From: an uncultured Chloroflexia bacterium
GTDB taxonomy: Bacteria > Chloroflexota > Anaerolineae > CG2-30-64-16
Length of the DNA: 64,000 nucleotides
Direction: 5' to 3'
Assembly: GCA_963810095.1 (NCBI GenBank)
Contig: CAWEMM010000007.1
Location: 96,001 to 160,000, forward strand
Shown piece after piece: positions 8,835 to 19,147 of this stretch; the first letter of the stretch is position 1; each line of letters starts with the position of its first letter. The position numbers and the translations under genes were made by a program. The notes below the pieces were generated by a model. That model had not been told where the DNA came from. It made no database searches and was given only the letters and a program-made list of their open reading frames with translations.

Positions 8835-9776
8835 ATGCCACAAGTACATGCGATTCGCCTTAAATCCCTCCCCCCTCCCTCGGAGATTGAGACGGCAGGC
8901 CGTAGCTTCATGCTGGATCGTGAAGCGAAGCGGTGCACGGCCGCAACCTTGGCCTGGTATGAACGCTACATCGGGGCGCTGGTCTCCTGGCTGGTCGAGC
9001 GCAAGGTTTCATCGCTCGCGGACGTTAGCCCGAACCAAATACGTCAGTACCTTCTCGATCTTCGCGACCGCGGCCTCTCAGATCGCACCATACATCACCA
9101 CGCCAGCGCAGCCCGCGCCTTTTTCAATTTCTGCGTAGACGAAGAACTCACACCGGGCTCGCCTATGGCGAAGGTTCGGATGCCTCGACTCCCTAAAGAA
9201 ATCCTCCCCGCGTTCTCTCCTGACGAGATCGGCCGTTTGGTCGCGGCGTGCGAAACAGAGCGGGATCGAGCAATCGTGCTTGGGTTGCTTGACACCGGCT
9301 GCCGGCTCGCTGAGTTTCTCGCGCTGCGGGTGGGCGATGTGGACCTAGCAGGCGGCACCGTACGAATCCGTCAAGGGAAGGGCAAGAAGGATCGCACGAC
9401 CTACATGGGTTCGCAGACCCGGAGACACCTACGCCGATACCTGACCGAGCGCCCAGCTACGTACGACGGTGATCGGGTATGGCTCGTGGAGCAAGGCGAC
9501 CGGCCTCTCTCACGGATGGGGATGCAGCGACTACTTCAGCGCATCGGGGAACGCGCCCACGTCGCCAACTGCCACGCACACACTTTCAGAAGAACCTGCG
9601 CCATCACCTGCCTGCGAAACGGCATGGACGTGCACCGGTTGGCGCTGATACTTGGTCATGCCGATATCGGCGTTCTGAAGAAGTATCTGCCGTTTGTCGA
9701 GCAAGACCTGCAAGACGCTCATGTGAAGTACGGACCGGTTGACGCATTACTTGCGAAAGGCAGGTCGCAGCGATGA
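8835..9776 (+). CDS. Tyrosine recombinase/integrase (XerC/D-like, SAM-like N-domain)
   Basis: Catalytic set TGCR, GKGKK, HTFRR, LGH, KKY; SD GAGGAGG upstream; 100 bp from attL. Confidence 0.95.
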   Translation: MPQVHAIRLKSLPPPSEIETAGRSFMLDREAKRCTAATLAWYERYIGALVSWLVERKVSSLADVSPNQIRQYLLDLRDRGLSDRTIHHHASAARAFFNFCVDEELTPGSPMAKVRMPRLPKEILPAFSPDEIGRLVAACETERDRAIVLGLLDTGCRLAEFLALRVGDVDLAGGTVRIRQGKGKKDRTTYMGSQTRRHLRRYLTERPATYDGDRVWLVEQGDRPLSRMGMQRLLQRIGERAHVANCHAHTFRRTCAITCLRNGMDVHRLALILGHADIGVLKKYLPFVEQDLQDAHVKYGPVDALLAKGRSQR

Positions 9777-10523
9777 CCGCAACCACGCCGACCAGAACAC
9801 CGGCATGACATTAGAGGCGAAATTCTCCCGCCCGACAACTCCGGCGCCCTCGTTCCACGTCCTGCGCCGGCGCCCCTGATCCGCATCGCGCTGCCGAAGT
9901 CGGGCTGTGATGCGAACGATACGGGCCTTCTAGAGCACGAGGTGAGGCGCCCAGCCCGCTCCCCGTCCGTTGAGTCCGATGTTCTGGTTCCGTCCATCCA
10001 GGCGGCATTTACGGCCATTGCAGCAGCGATATGTGCCGGCACGCTGGCATGGGTGCTTGGGTGGAGCTGGCGAACGGTGATCTGCACGTTCAGCCTCGCG
10101 CTGGCGGTGTCCTGGCTGTGGCGTATGCGGGTCGCAGATGGGCTTCTATGGGAAGTCGAACGGTTCACCGGGCGCGACTTGAACGGCGACGGAGCCGTTG
10201 GAGAGCCGCCATCGCAACCCGTTCTTGTGAACGTGTGGCAAGCCCGACAAGAGGCCGCCCAGGTAAGGGCGGAGGATGATGCCGAGCGCGAACGCCAAGC
10301 CCTGACCGCTTTCCTGCACCGGTGTTTCGTAGCCGGGACATCCGAGACCGCCCACGGCGTAAAAGCCAGTGGGCCGGATCGGGATACCTACGTCAAGCAG
10401 CGGGATGCGCTGCTGAGTCTGGGCATCGCTGCTTGGCGCAACCCAGCCAAACCGCGTGCGGGCTGGCGGATCGTGGTTTCCCACCAGAAGGCGATGGAGT
10501 TGCTGAGCAGGTACACGCTCTAG
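9773..10523 (+). CDS. Hypothetical 2-TM membrane protein with DxNxDG motif and possible C-terminal wHTH (probable early frameshift)
   Basis: ATG overlaps the integrase stop (ATGA); frame open from ~9780 into ORF 9942-10523; hydrophobic pair, RDLNGDG. Confidence 0.6.
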
Positions 10524-10603
10524 GCGTACGTACGTGCTGCGTACTTGCGTACGGGCACGGCGGATTCGAGATACGCGTACCAGAAGTGGGGGGAGGAAAG
10601 ACC

Positions 10604-10939
10604 GTGAAGGAAGAAACGCCGGCTCGCGCCGAGACCCAAGCGACCGAGCATGATGTTGTCAAGGGAGCGTTCTACACGCTGAACCTGCTAGTCGCGCTGA
10701 TAAGCGGGGCGGCGGGGTTCGCCATGCCGCTTGCGTGGCTCATCACCGGGTTATGCGTGTTCTCGATGCTGATCGGGCATCAGGCCGAGGAAGCCAAGTC
10801 CGACCGGGAAGAAGTCAAGGGACGGCCGCTCGATGCGGCAGACCGGGCCGCTGGCTGCGGCCTCTCGTTCTTCCTGGCGGGCATCGTGGCGGTCGCGTTC
10901 TTCGTCGCGCTATTGAGCATCGGAGCGGGTCTGCCATGA
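10604..10939 (+). CDS. Hypothetical small membrane protein (about 3 TM)
   Basis: GGAGG SD before GTG at 10604; hydrophobic stretches. Confidence 0.6.
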   Translation: MKEETPARAETQATEHDVVKGAFYTLNLLVALISGAAGFAMPLAWLITGLCVFSMLIGHQAEEAKSDREEVKGRPLDAADRAAGCGLSFFLAGIVAVAFFVALLSIGAGLP

Positions 10940-11126
10940 CCCTTCGGGTATATCGATTCGGTATGCTTATGAAGGCATGTAGATATTATCAGATTTACTC
11001 ATAAACTTTATCGCGAAATCCGCCTCGATGGGCCGGGGGCGTCAAACAGACGGTCCCTCTCATCCCGTATCCTGGAACGGTCTGACCTGATACGGTCTGA
11101 TAACAACAAAGGCGGAGGAATCAAGA

Positions 11127-11325
11127 ATGTCGAAGTTTGTTATCGCGGTAAGTGTCGATGAGGGCGCCAACGCCCTGCTGACGCAGATCGCCAACCAGGA
11201 GGGCGAAGGCAACAAGAGCTTCGCGTTTTCGCCGCATCGTTCGGGAGGCGGCCGAGCGCCGGGGGCTAGTGGAGCCGCCGGCACGACCAACGGACGAGCA
11301 GGATGAGCGGGAGGTGATCGCGTGA
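11127..11325 (+). CDS. Ribbon-helix-helix (CopG/Arc-like) regulator with a 1-nt frameshift; not in the ORF track
   Basis: GGAGG SD; MSKFVIAVSVDEGANALLTQIANQEGEGNKSFAF then, removing one T from a T4 run, RRIVREAAERRGLVEPP...; stop overlaps the next start. Confidence 0.6.
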
Positions 11326-11591
11326 CCACCGTTAAGACGATGGCGCCCCATGTTGATTGCGGCAACACAGGGCGAGAGACGACAACGGCAGCGGGCAGCG
11401 ACCCTTGTCGTCCTGATGGTAGCCTAATTGCGGCGTGGCGTCAAGCGGCGCCGGTTATCGTAGACTGGCTTGGCCAAACGTCAGAAATGACACGAGCGGA
11501 TGGCCACACGGAAGCGGCGCAGATGTTCTGGCACGCGATGATGCTGGCTCAAGCCGCCGTTAACGCTCTTGGGTGGGACCTCCATGAATAA
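11322..11591 (+). CDS. Hypothetical protein of the replication operon
   Basis: GGAGG SD; GTGA overlap with the upstream gene and overlap with the helicase start. Confidence 0.55.
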   Translation: MTTVKTMAPHVDCGNTGRETTTAAGSDPCRPDGSLIAAWRQAAPVIVDWLGQTSEMTRADGHTEAAQMFWHAMMLAQAAVNALGWDLHE

Positions 11592-12956
11592 CGACCTTCT
11601 TTGCCCTGAGGCGGAAGAGAATCTTGTCGCCTGCGCCCTATACGATTGCAACAATTTCGTGTTGGACGTGGCGCCCGCTGAGTTCAACGATGAGCAGTTA
11701 TCGCACATCTGGGCCGCCGGCCAGAAGTTGACAAACGAGGGCGTCTACGTGGACTCCGAGGTCGTGCAATTCGAGCTGGGCAAGCAGGGGGTGAATGTTC
11801 CCCTGACGCGACTGGCCGCCTTACTCACGCGGGAGGTTTTCAGCGGCAATGCGCCCATCTGGGCCGCTGAGGTACGTGACAAGGCCCAACGGCGGGCGGC
11901 AGAGGAGCAACTAACAAAGGCACTCCGGGTGCTCTATACCTCCAACGGGACCTGGAAGACCGACCTAACCGACGTCGGGACCCAGCTGCTCAACCGCGTC
12001 ACGCCCCGGCCGGAGGCAAAACGCACCGAGCGCATGGGCGGATGGACGGCGGCCGAACTGCTGGCCTGCGATTTCCCGGAACCCATCTACGCGGTACCCG
12101 GAATCATCCCTGTCGGCCTAACGTTCTTGGGCGGGCGCCCGAAGGTCGGTAAGTCCTGGCTCGCTCTCCAATGCGCCATTGCAGTGGGCACGGGCGGGCG
12201 GGTGCTCGATAAGCAAGTGGCGCAAGGCAACGTGCTCTATCTTGCCCTTGAAGACAACGGCCGGCGGCTCAAGGAACGCAGCAAGAAACAGGGCATGCCG
12301 GCCACTGCCAAGATACGATTTGAACCGCAATGGCCGCGGCTGAACGCCGGCGGGTTTGAGGCGCTCGATGCGGCGATAGCCGAGCACCACTACACGCTCG
12401 TTGTCATCGACACGTTGGGCCGGCTCGTGGGTCGCGCCCGCACCGATGACTACGGCGACATGACCGACCTCCTGGGCCGGCTGCAAGACCTCGCCCTGGA
12501 GCACGACATGGCGATACTCGCGCTCGACCATCACCGAAAAGCTCGGCTGGCACGATGGCCGACCCTGTAGATGACATCGTGGGCAGCACAGCCAAGAGCG
12601 GGGCGGCTGACGCCATCCTCGGGTTGTTCAAGGAGCAGGGGAAACGGGGCGCTACGCTCAAAGTGACGGGGCGCGACGTGGAATGGCAAGACCTGGCGCT
12701 CTCGTGGGACGTAACCACCTGCTGTTGGCAGTACGAGGGGACGACGGAGGAAGTGGCGCAGCAAGGAAACGTCGGTAAGATCGTCGCTGCACTCCGGGAC
12801 GCGGGGGCGCCCATGACCCTGACCGAGATCGCCACGGCCACCGGGCTGGGCAAGAACAACCTGCAACCGATCCTTGTTGACATGGCGGACAACGGAATCT
12901 TGGAGCGGCTCGACCAACATGGCCGCGAGAAGCCGTATCGCCTGCGGGCGGCTTGA
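11584..12956 (+). CDS. Replication protein: DnaB-like N-terminal domain + AAA_25 (RepA-type) helicase + C-terminal wHTH; frameshift near 12550
   Basis: EAEENLVACAL...F...HIW...NA..WA..VRDKAQRR (DnaB-N-like); Walker A GRPKVGKS, YLALED, VVIDT, DHHRK, then DDIVGSTA, TGRD, MTLTEIATATG. Confidence 0.85.
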
Positions 12957-13042
12957 GAAGTGGTAGAACAATCAGAACCATAGAACTATCGGGCCTCTCG
13001 GTGCCCCGATTGTTCTGAAAGTTCTGATTGTTCTACCACTTC
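12957..13042. repeat. 86-bp nested inverted repeat; candidate replication origin
   Basis: Perfect 22-bp arms GAAGTGGTAGAACAATCAGAAC (12957-12978 / 13021-13042); inner 12-bp arms with 1 mismatch (12982-12993 / 13005-13016). Confidence 0.85.
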
Positions 13043-13152
13043 CGGGCCGTGGTACCCCAGGTTAGGCGGGCGGCTCGTGGCGGCTGACAAACATGCGGCA
13101 CGCAATTGGGCCGATAATTGGGTTATTCAGGCAGTATTTCAGGAGTGTACGA

Positions 13153-13489
13153 CATGGAAAACAACGACGGCATCACCAAACGGGATGCGCGCGGGAGGAT
13201 TGTTGCCCGTAGCGGTCCCACCCCCGGCGCCGGCCGGCCATCGCTCGAAGCAACCGAGCGGCTCCGGGTAGCGATTGAGGAATTGCTTGACGAGGAGACG
13301 TTGGCGGCTTGGCAGGCCGCCATGCGCAAGAAGCTGGCGAAGGGGAACTCGGCCGCAAGCGTGTTCGTGGCGGATCGGCTGTTGGGGAAGCCCGCTGTGA
13401 ACGTCAATAACGCGATGGATGCCAACCTTGCGGCGTTCATGACGGCCTGGAACGCCGCAAGCACCGGCCAGGAGCATGACCCGGATTGA
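13153..13489 (+). CDS. Small-terminase-like protein (DUF5681-like)
   Basis: AGGAG SD; KRDARGRI..SGPTPGAGRPS, helical middle, ADRLLGKP motif typical of this terS-like group. Confidence 0.6.
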
Positions 13490-13515
13490 CCGGCGCCAGC
13501 CGTAGCTGGCGAGTT

Positions 13516-13868
13516 CTACCTTGCTGAATTACCGAATGGGTGAACCACGCCGGCTGCGGTTGTCTCATGGGCTTGATCGGCTGCGATAACCGGGCCGGGT
13601 TGCAAGTGCCGCTCGTAATCGCCGGGGTGCCGGTGCAATCGACAACCTCGACAGTCACAACCAAGACGCCTACAGGGAAGTCGCCTGGAGTCAACCCATT
13701 GTTTGAAACCCACCCTCATCACCGGGCTTGAGGCTGGCTTAGACGTACGCCCTTTCTCGGATATTTGTAGGCCGGCTTCGGAACTCCACCCGCTTCGTGC
13801 CGCGCATGATCCGCTCGGCATACGGCTGGTGGACGCTGAGTGCAAGGGTGACAGTTGGTAGGTCTATC
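13516..13868 (-). pseudogene. ASCH-domain protein, split by several frameshifts (errors or decay)
   Basis: LALSVHQPYAERIMRGTKRVEFRSRPTNIRERAYV in one frame; FPVGVLV.TVEVVDC...NPARL..PIKP.RQPQPAWF in another. Confidence 0.75.
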
Positions 13869-14534
13869 GCCGGCCGTATTGTCGAAGCCGTGGCTGCATT
13901 GCAATCCAACGGGACTTCGTGCCGCTCGCTATGTTGCCGGAACGGCATATCAAGCCTCGCCTTCACGGTCTCTCGCGATTGAAACGAAGGACCACAGCGT
14001 TTGAGGGGTTGCTTTGCGAGGCAGAACGTACAGGCAGGGCGCCGATCTCCAGTTAGGCCAAAATCCACACCTTCGATTCAGGACGTGCGGCCCCAGCCCG
14101 ATCATTCCTTCCGCAGAATCCGTCTAGTCGCACTTCACGTGCAATCTAGTAGACGCTTAGTGAGGGTGTGCATAAGTGCACTAGATGGGGCAGAGGCTGC
14201 GGAGCGTCGCGAGACAGGGCGTCTTTTGTAGGGGTAACAATCATTGAGCAGCGTAGATGCCAGCACGTAGAATGTGCACTAGTGACCATAGGGCTGGTGT
14301 AGCCACTGACCGGGTGCACCTGACTATAGCGAGAACCTGAAGAATACGGTGGTGTAAACTTCTAGGGGTATCTCGACAACTTCATCTTCTCACGGCCCGT
14401 CGTTCATTTTCGCGTCATGTTCGTCCGCGACACTGCCTCGCGTCGTCGCCCGACGGAATGTGGCAGGCGCCCGCAACGATGGAGTTGCGCACTGTGCCGG
14501 GTATCGTGCTTGTGTAAGCGCAAAGGAGCCTTCC

Positions 14535-17500
14535 ATGTCCCGCCGCCTCATCGTCCGCATCTTGCGCACCTTGCTGCTGACCCTGCTCCTGGCCGGCCCG
14601 TCCATCGCTCCCGCTTCCGCTGATCCCGACGCCCCCGGCCGCAGGCCGCCGGCTCCATCTCCGGCCGTATCACTGACGTCATCACCGGCCAGCCCATCGC
14701 GGGCGCCACGGTCGAAGTCGTCAACACGTCCAATCCAACCACCACCACGGATGTCGATGGCCGTTACCGGTTGATCAACGTCCCCGAGGGCCAGCGCTAT
14801 CTCCTGTTAGAGCACCCTCGCTACGCCTACGAGTATTACCCGACGCGCCCACCTGGGGCCTGGGCGGGCCGGTCGAAGTGAAGGCGGGCGAGGAGACGAC
14901 CGGCATCGACGCGGCGCTCGCGCCGGGCGGGCGCATCGGCGGTCAAATCGCCGACCAGGAGACGGGCGCGCCGCTGGCCGGCGTCCGGGCGATCGCCGCG
15001 ACCAGTGGTACACCGACTGGCGGGTGGCGGGCGAGGGGGTCAGCGGCGGGGATGGACGGTATGTCATCGAGGGGCTGTGGACGAGCGTCTATCACGTAGA
15101 GTTCGTGGACGAACCGGGCGACCATGCGACGACGCAGTACGGCGACGGTGCGAGCGTGGGCCTGCTGACGGGCGAGGAGGCGGGCGGGATCGACGTCGCG
15201 ATGCCGCATGAGGGCAAGATCGCGGGGCAGGTGATCGATGCGCTGACAGGCGAGCCGCTGGCGGGCGTCACCGTGAATGTCCTCGGTGTCTCACCGGCGC
15301 GCAAACCGATCCGCAGGGCCGCTACGACATCGGCGGCCTGGCGGCGGGTGAGCAGAGACTACGCTACCGCGACGGTTACGCCGTCGTCTTCTACCGCGAC
15401 AAGCCCGACGAATACCAGGCCACACGCGTCACGGTGCACGCCGGGGAGACCACCGGCGGCATCGACCAGGCGCTGACCCCGCTCGGAGCCATCAGCGGGC
15501 GGGCGACGGATGCAGAGACTGGCACGGGGCTGGCGGGGATCGACGTGATCCTTGACCCGGGTTGAGACGGAAACAGGGACGGCGACGGAGACGGCGGGGT
15601 GTACACGATGACCAACGTGGTGCCCGGTGCGCACACCGTCGTTGTCCGCGATCCAAAGGGCGTCTATCGCGAGGCACCTGCAAAGGGCCCGGACGGCTCG
15701 GAGACGATCACCATCCAGCCGGGGCGGACGACAGAGGGCGTCAAATGCGGCGCTCGCACCCGTCGTACCGCAGCCGCCCAGCAGCCGTAAGATCACGGGC
15801 ACGGTGACAGAGATGATCACCGCGGAGCCTCTGCAGGGCATCCGAGTCACGCTGTACGACTGCTACCGCTCTACCACACCGAGTGCTGGGACGTCGGCGA
15901 AGCGTTTACGGATGCGGCGGGCGCGTACACCTTTCCCGATCCTCCGGACTCCGAGGGCATGACTTTCTCCGATCCGTCCGGCGTCTACCTGCAACAGGAC
16001 AGCGCCAGACTTCCGCTCGCCCGACGTGGACGAGACCGTCGTGATTGACATGGCCTTGCAGCGATATGATCGGGTCTACGGCGGGATTGCAGGCAGGGTC
16101 ACGGCGGCGACGACGGGAGAGGCGCTGGTGGGTCAGCAGGTCTGCGCCGAGAACACTCAAACAAGCGACTCCGGCTGTGGGCACACGGCGGCGGATGGGA
16201 CGTACACGATCAACGGGCTGAAGGCGGGCAGTACAAGGTCGGGTTCGGCTGGAGCAACTGGCGGGGTGACCGTTACTGGCGCTGGTACTACGGCGGCACG
16301 GATGTGGGGACGGACGTCAGGTACGTGCGAACGAGATCACACCGAACATCGACGGCGCGCTGCCTGAACAAGGCCGAATTGCGGGTGTGATCCGCAGCGA
16401 CGCGACGTCCGAGCCGCTTCTGGGGCGGTGGTCGAGGTGTGCAGCAACTGGTGCGACCGCCACGACTACCGCCGCCGACGGCACGTACATCAGCACCTAC
16501 CTGCCGCCCAGCGCGTCCTACCTGCCGCCCACTGCGTACTACGTGCGTGTGACGGGGGCGTACCAGCAGCGCTACTACCGCGACACGACCGACTGGCAGC
16601 AGGCCGAGAGAGATCACGGTGACCTACGACAGTCTCATCACCGGCATTGATATCAGCCTGCCGCCTGGGCGCATAGTCGGTCGGGTGACCGATGCGGCAA
16701 CGGGCACGGCGGTAAGGGAATAAGGTTTAGGCCGGGCAAGAGCTGGGGCAGCGCTACGACCGGGACGGATGGCCGCTATACCATCGGGAACCTCGATGAA
16801 GGCGGGTACCGGCTGCATTTCGAAGACCCGACGAAGGGCTACGCGCCCTTGGATGCAAGCGGGCCGATTACCGTCACGCTCGGCCGATCCTGACGTCTGA
16901 CGCGCAGCTAGTCGGCAACGGTTACATCGCGGGCCGGGTCACGGCGGCGGAGAGCGGCGCGCCGCTGGGCGGGATTGAGGTGAAGAGCGACTACCGTGCG
17001 TGGCGCCCACCACGACCGGCCCCCGACGGGACGTATAAGATCGGCCCGCTGCCTGACGGCGACTACCAGGTGCGCTTCTGGGACGGCGGGCTGCTGCGCC
17101 GGATGGAGTACTACCGGGAGACCACCGACTATAATGACTACACGCCCGTTACGGTCCGGCACGGCGAGACGACGACGGGTATCGACGAGAGCATGGACCG
17201 GCTAGCCATCGCACGGGGCCGGGTGGTGGATGCGGGCACGGGCGCGCCGGTCGCCGGGGTGAAGGTGGCGGGCAAGGGCTACTACAGCGCGAATGTCCCG
17301 GTCTACACGGACGCGGAGGGGCGCTACGAGCTGCCCGGCCTGGATGAGGGCGAGTATTCGCTGACCGCCACGGATCGCAGCCACGCCTACGTCGACGGGC
17401 AGAGCGAGACGGGTCGCGTTCCCGGTGGGGGCGGTCATCGACGTGCCGGACATCGAGCTGAAGCGATGGGGCGAGTTCGGCGGGACGGTGACGGACGCGC

Positions 17501-17844
17501 TGACCGGGGCGCCAGTGGCGGGGGTGTGGGTGCAGTTGTACGAGCGCTCTTCCGGCGAGTGGTACACCACCATCGGCGGCTGCTATGCGATCACCGGGCC
17601 GGACGGGATGTACCGCATCCGGGAGATGTACGACTGGACGGTGCGACCAGTCTTCTACGATCCGCAGGCGCGCTTCCATGCCCAGTCGTACGGCGGCGGC
17701 AAGTCGCTGCTGGACACGCAGGTGGTGACCTTCAAGCAGGGGGTGGACACGTTGGGGGTGGATGCGGCGCTTGTACGGAAGGAGGATGGGCCGCCCGTGG
17801 AGATACGGTTGCGCTTGTATCTGCCCATGATTGCAGCGCCTTGA
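14535..17844 (+). CDS. Large secreted surface protein with about 11 carboxypeptidase-regulatory-like (prealbumin-fold) repeats and a C-terminal YLP motif; heavily frameshifted
   Basis: AAGGAG SD, signal peptide MSRRLIVRILRTLLLTLLLAGPSIAPASA; recurring GxIxGxVTDxxTGxPLAGV...DGRY units about every 280 bp; ends RLYLPMIAAP. Confidence 0.8.
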
Positions 17845-17914
17845 TACGACTTTCGCTCCGCTCTAGTCGGTGCTGACACTATCTAATTTCGCTTCGAGTT
17901 GGGCTGTTGGGTTC

Positions 17915-17972
17915 TTGACAAGGGGCAACTTACGAGGCACAATAGCTTATGAGAATTGATGTCACGCAAGTT
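17915..17972 (+). promoter_or_regulatory. Promoter of the second recombinase, overlapped by an imperfect inverted repeat
   Basis: TTGACA 17915-17920, 17 bp, CACAAT 17938-17943; arms at 17927-17943 and 17955-17972. Confidence 0.55.
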
Positions 17973-18006
17973 TTCTTCAAGATCATTCGCTTTAGGGGGG
18001 GGCCGC

Positions 18007-19147
18007 ATGAACGAGCTTACCACCACTGCCAACGGCGCCGAACTGCTCGCGTTCGTGGATCAACCGCCCGACCAGAACCCGGCGCTCGTGTATCTCGCCG
18101 GACTGACGGCCGGGTCACGCCGTACGATGCGACAAGCCCTCTACACGATTGGCTCTATCGTGTTGCGCAAGACCCCATCGAGGCGACGGAGGCCGACCAA
18201 AGCCGACTGATCGCGGGATTACCGTGGGGGGCGCTCCGCTTCCAGCACACCGTCTTGATACGTTCCGAGTTGACCGCCCGTTACTCGCCGGCTTCTGCAA
18301 ACAAGCAGTTGTCGGCCCTACGGGGCGTGCTCAAGGCCGCTTGGCGCCTGGGCCAAATCGGGGCGGAAGAATATCAGCGTGCCATTGACCTCGACCGTGT
18401 ACGGGGTGGAAGTGAAGACCCACGGGGACGCGCCCTCACGCGTGGTGAGGTTCGGGCCATAATGAACGACGTGCATGACGGACGCCAGTCCCGCCGGCCT
18501 GCGGGATGGCGCCATGTTCGGGTTGTTGTACGGCGCTGGTCTTCGGCGTGCTGAATTGTCGGCTCTCGACCGTTCAGACTACTCCGTGGACGGCGACGAA
18601 AACGCAAGCCTGACCGTGCAGCACGGGAAGGGCAACAAGCGCCGGCTGATACCGCTTACGGATGGTGCCCTAGATGCGCTGCGGGACTGGCTGAGTGTCC
18701 GGGGCGATGAACCTGGGCCGTTGTTCGTGCCGGTCAATCGAGGCGGCCGGCTGATCCTGGGTCAACGAATGACGCCCCAAGCGGTCTACAACATGCTCGT
18801 GAAGCGGGCCGAACAAGCGGGCGTCAAGGGTTTCAGTCCCCACGACCTGAGGCGGACGTTCATCTCGGACCTTCTGGACGAAGGCGCCGACATTCGCGAC
18901 GGTGCAGAAGTTGGCCGGCCATGCGAACGTCACGACCACGGCCAAGTACGACCGACGAGGTGAGAGGGCCAAGCGTAAGGCGGTCGGGCTACTTGTAGTG
19001 CCGTACCAACGGCGCCGGCTAGACGAGGGACAGCGGCGTAAGCAGTCAGTACGAAGAGACCAACGGCCGGCTCGGGCTACACAACCCGGCCGGCTTTTTG
19101 GTGGGCGGCGAGATGTACCACGGGCAGGTAGACGGTTAGGGCTATAG
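18007..19147 (+). CDS. Second tyrosine recombinase, plasmid-resolvase-like; three frameshifts, true stop probably near 19050
   Basis: [71 protein letters not shown]. Confidence 0.88.
19064..19099 (+). terminator. Intrinsic terminator after the second recombinase
   Basis: gccggctcggg-ctacacaa-cccggccggc followed by ttttt. Confidence 0.6.

Noticed and set aside
12957-13042. LexA boxes in the GAAC/GTTC cluster
   Set aside because: Spacing fits neither GAAC-N4-GTTC nor GTTC-N7-GTTC.
14535-17844. DGR target or shufflon
   Set aside because: No reverse transcriptase, no TR/VR pair and no repeated inversion sites; the repeats are diverged protein domains all on one strand.
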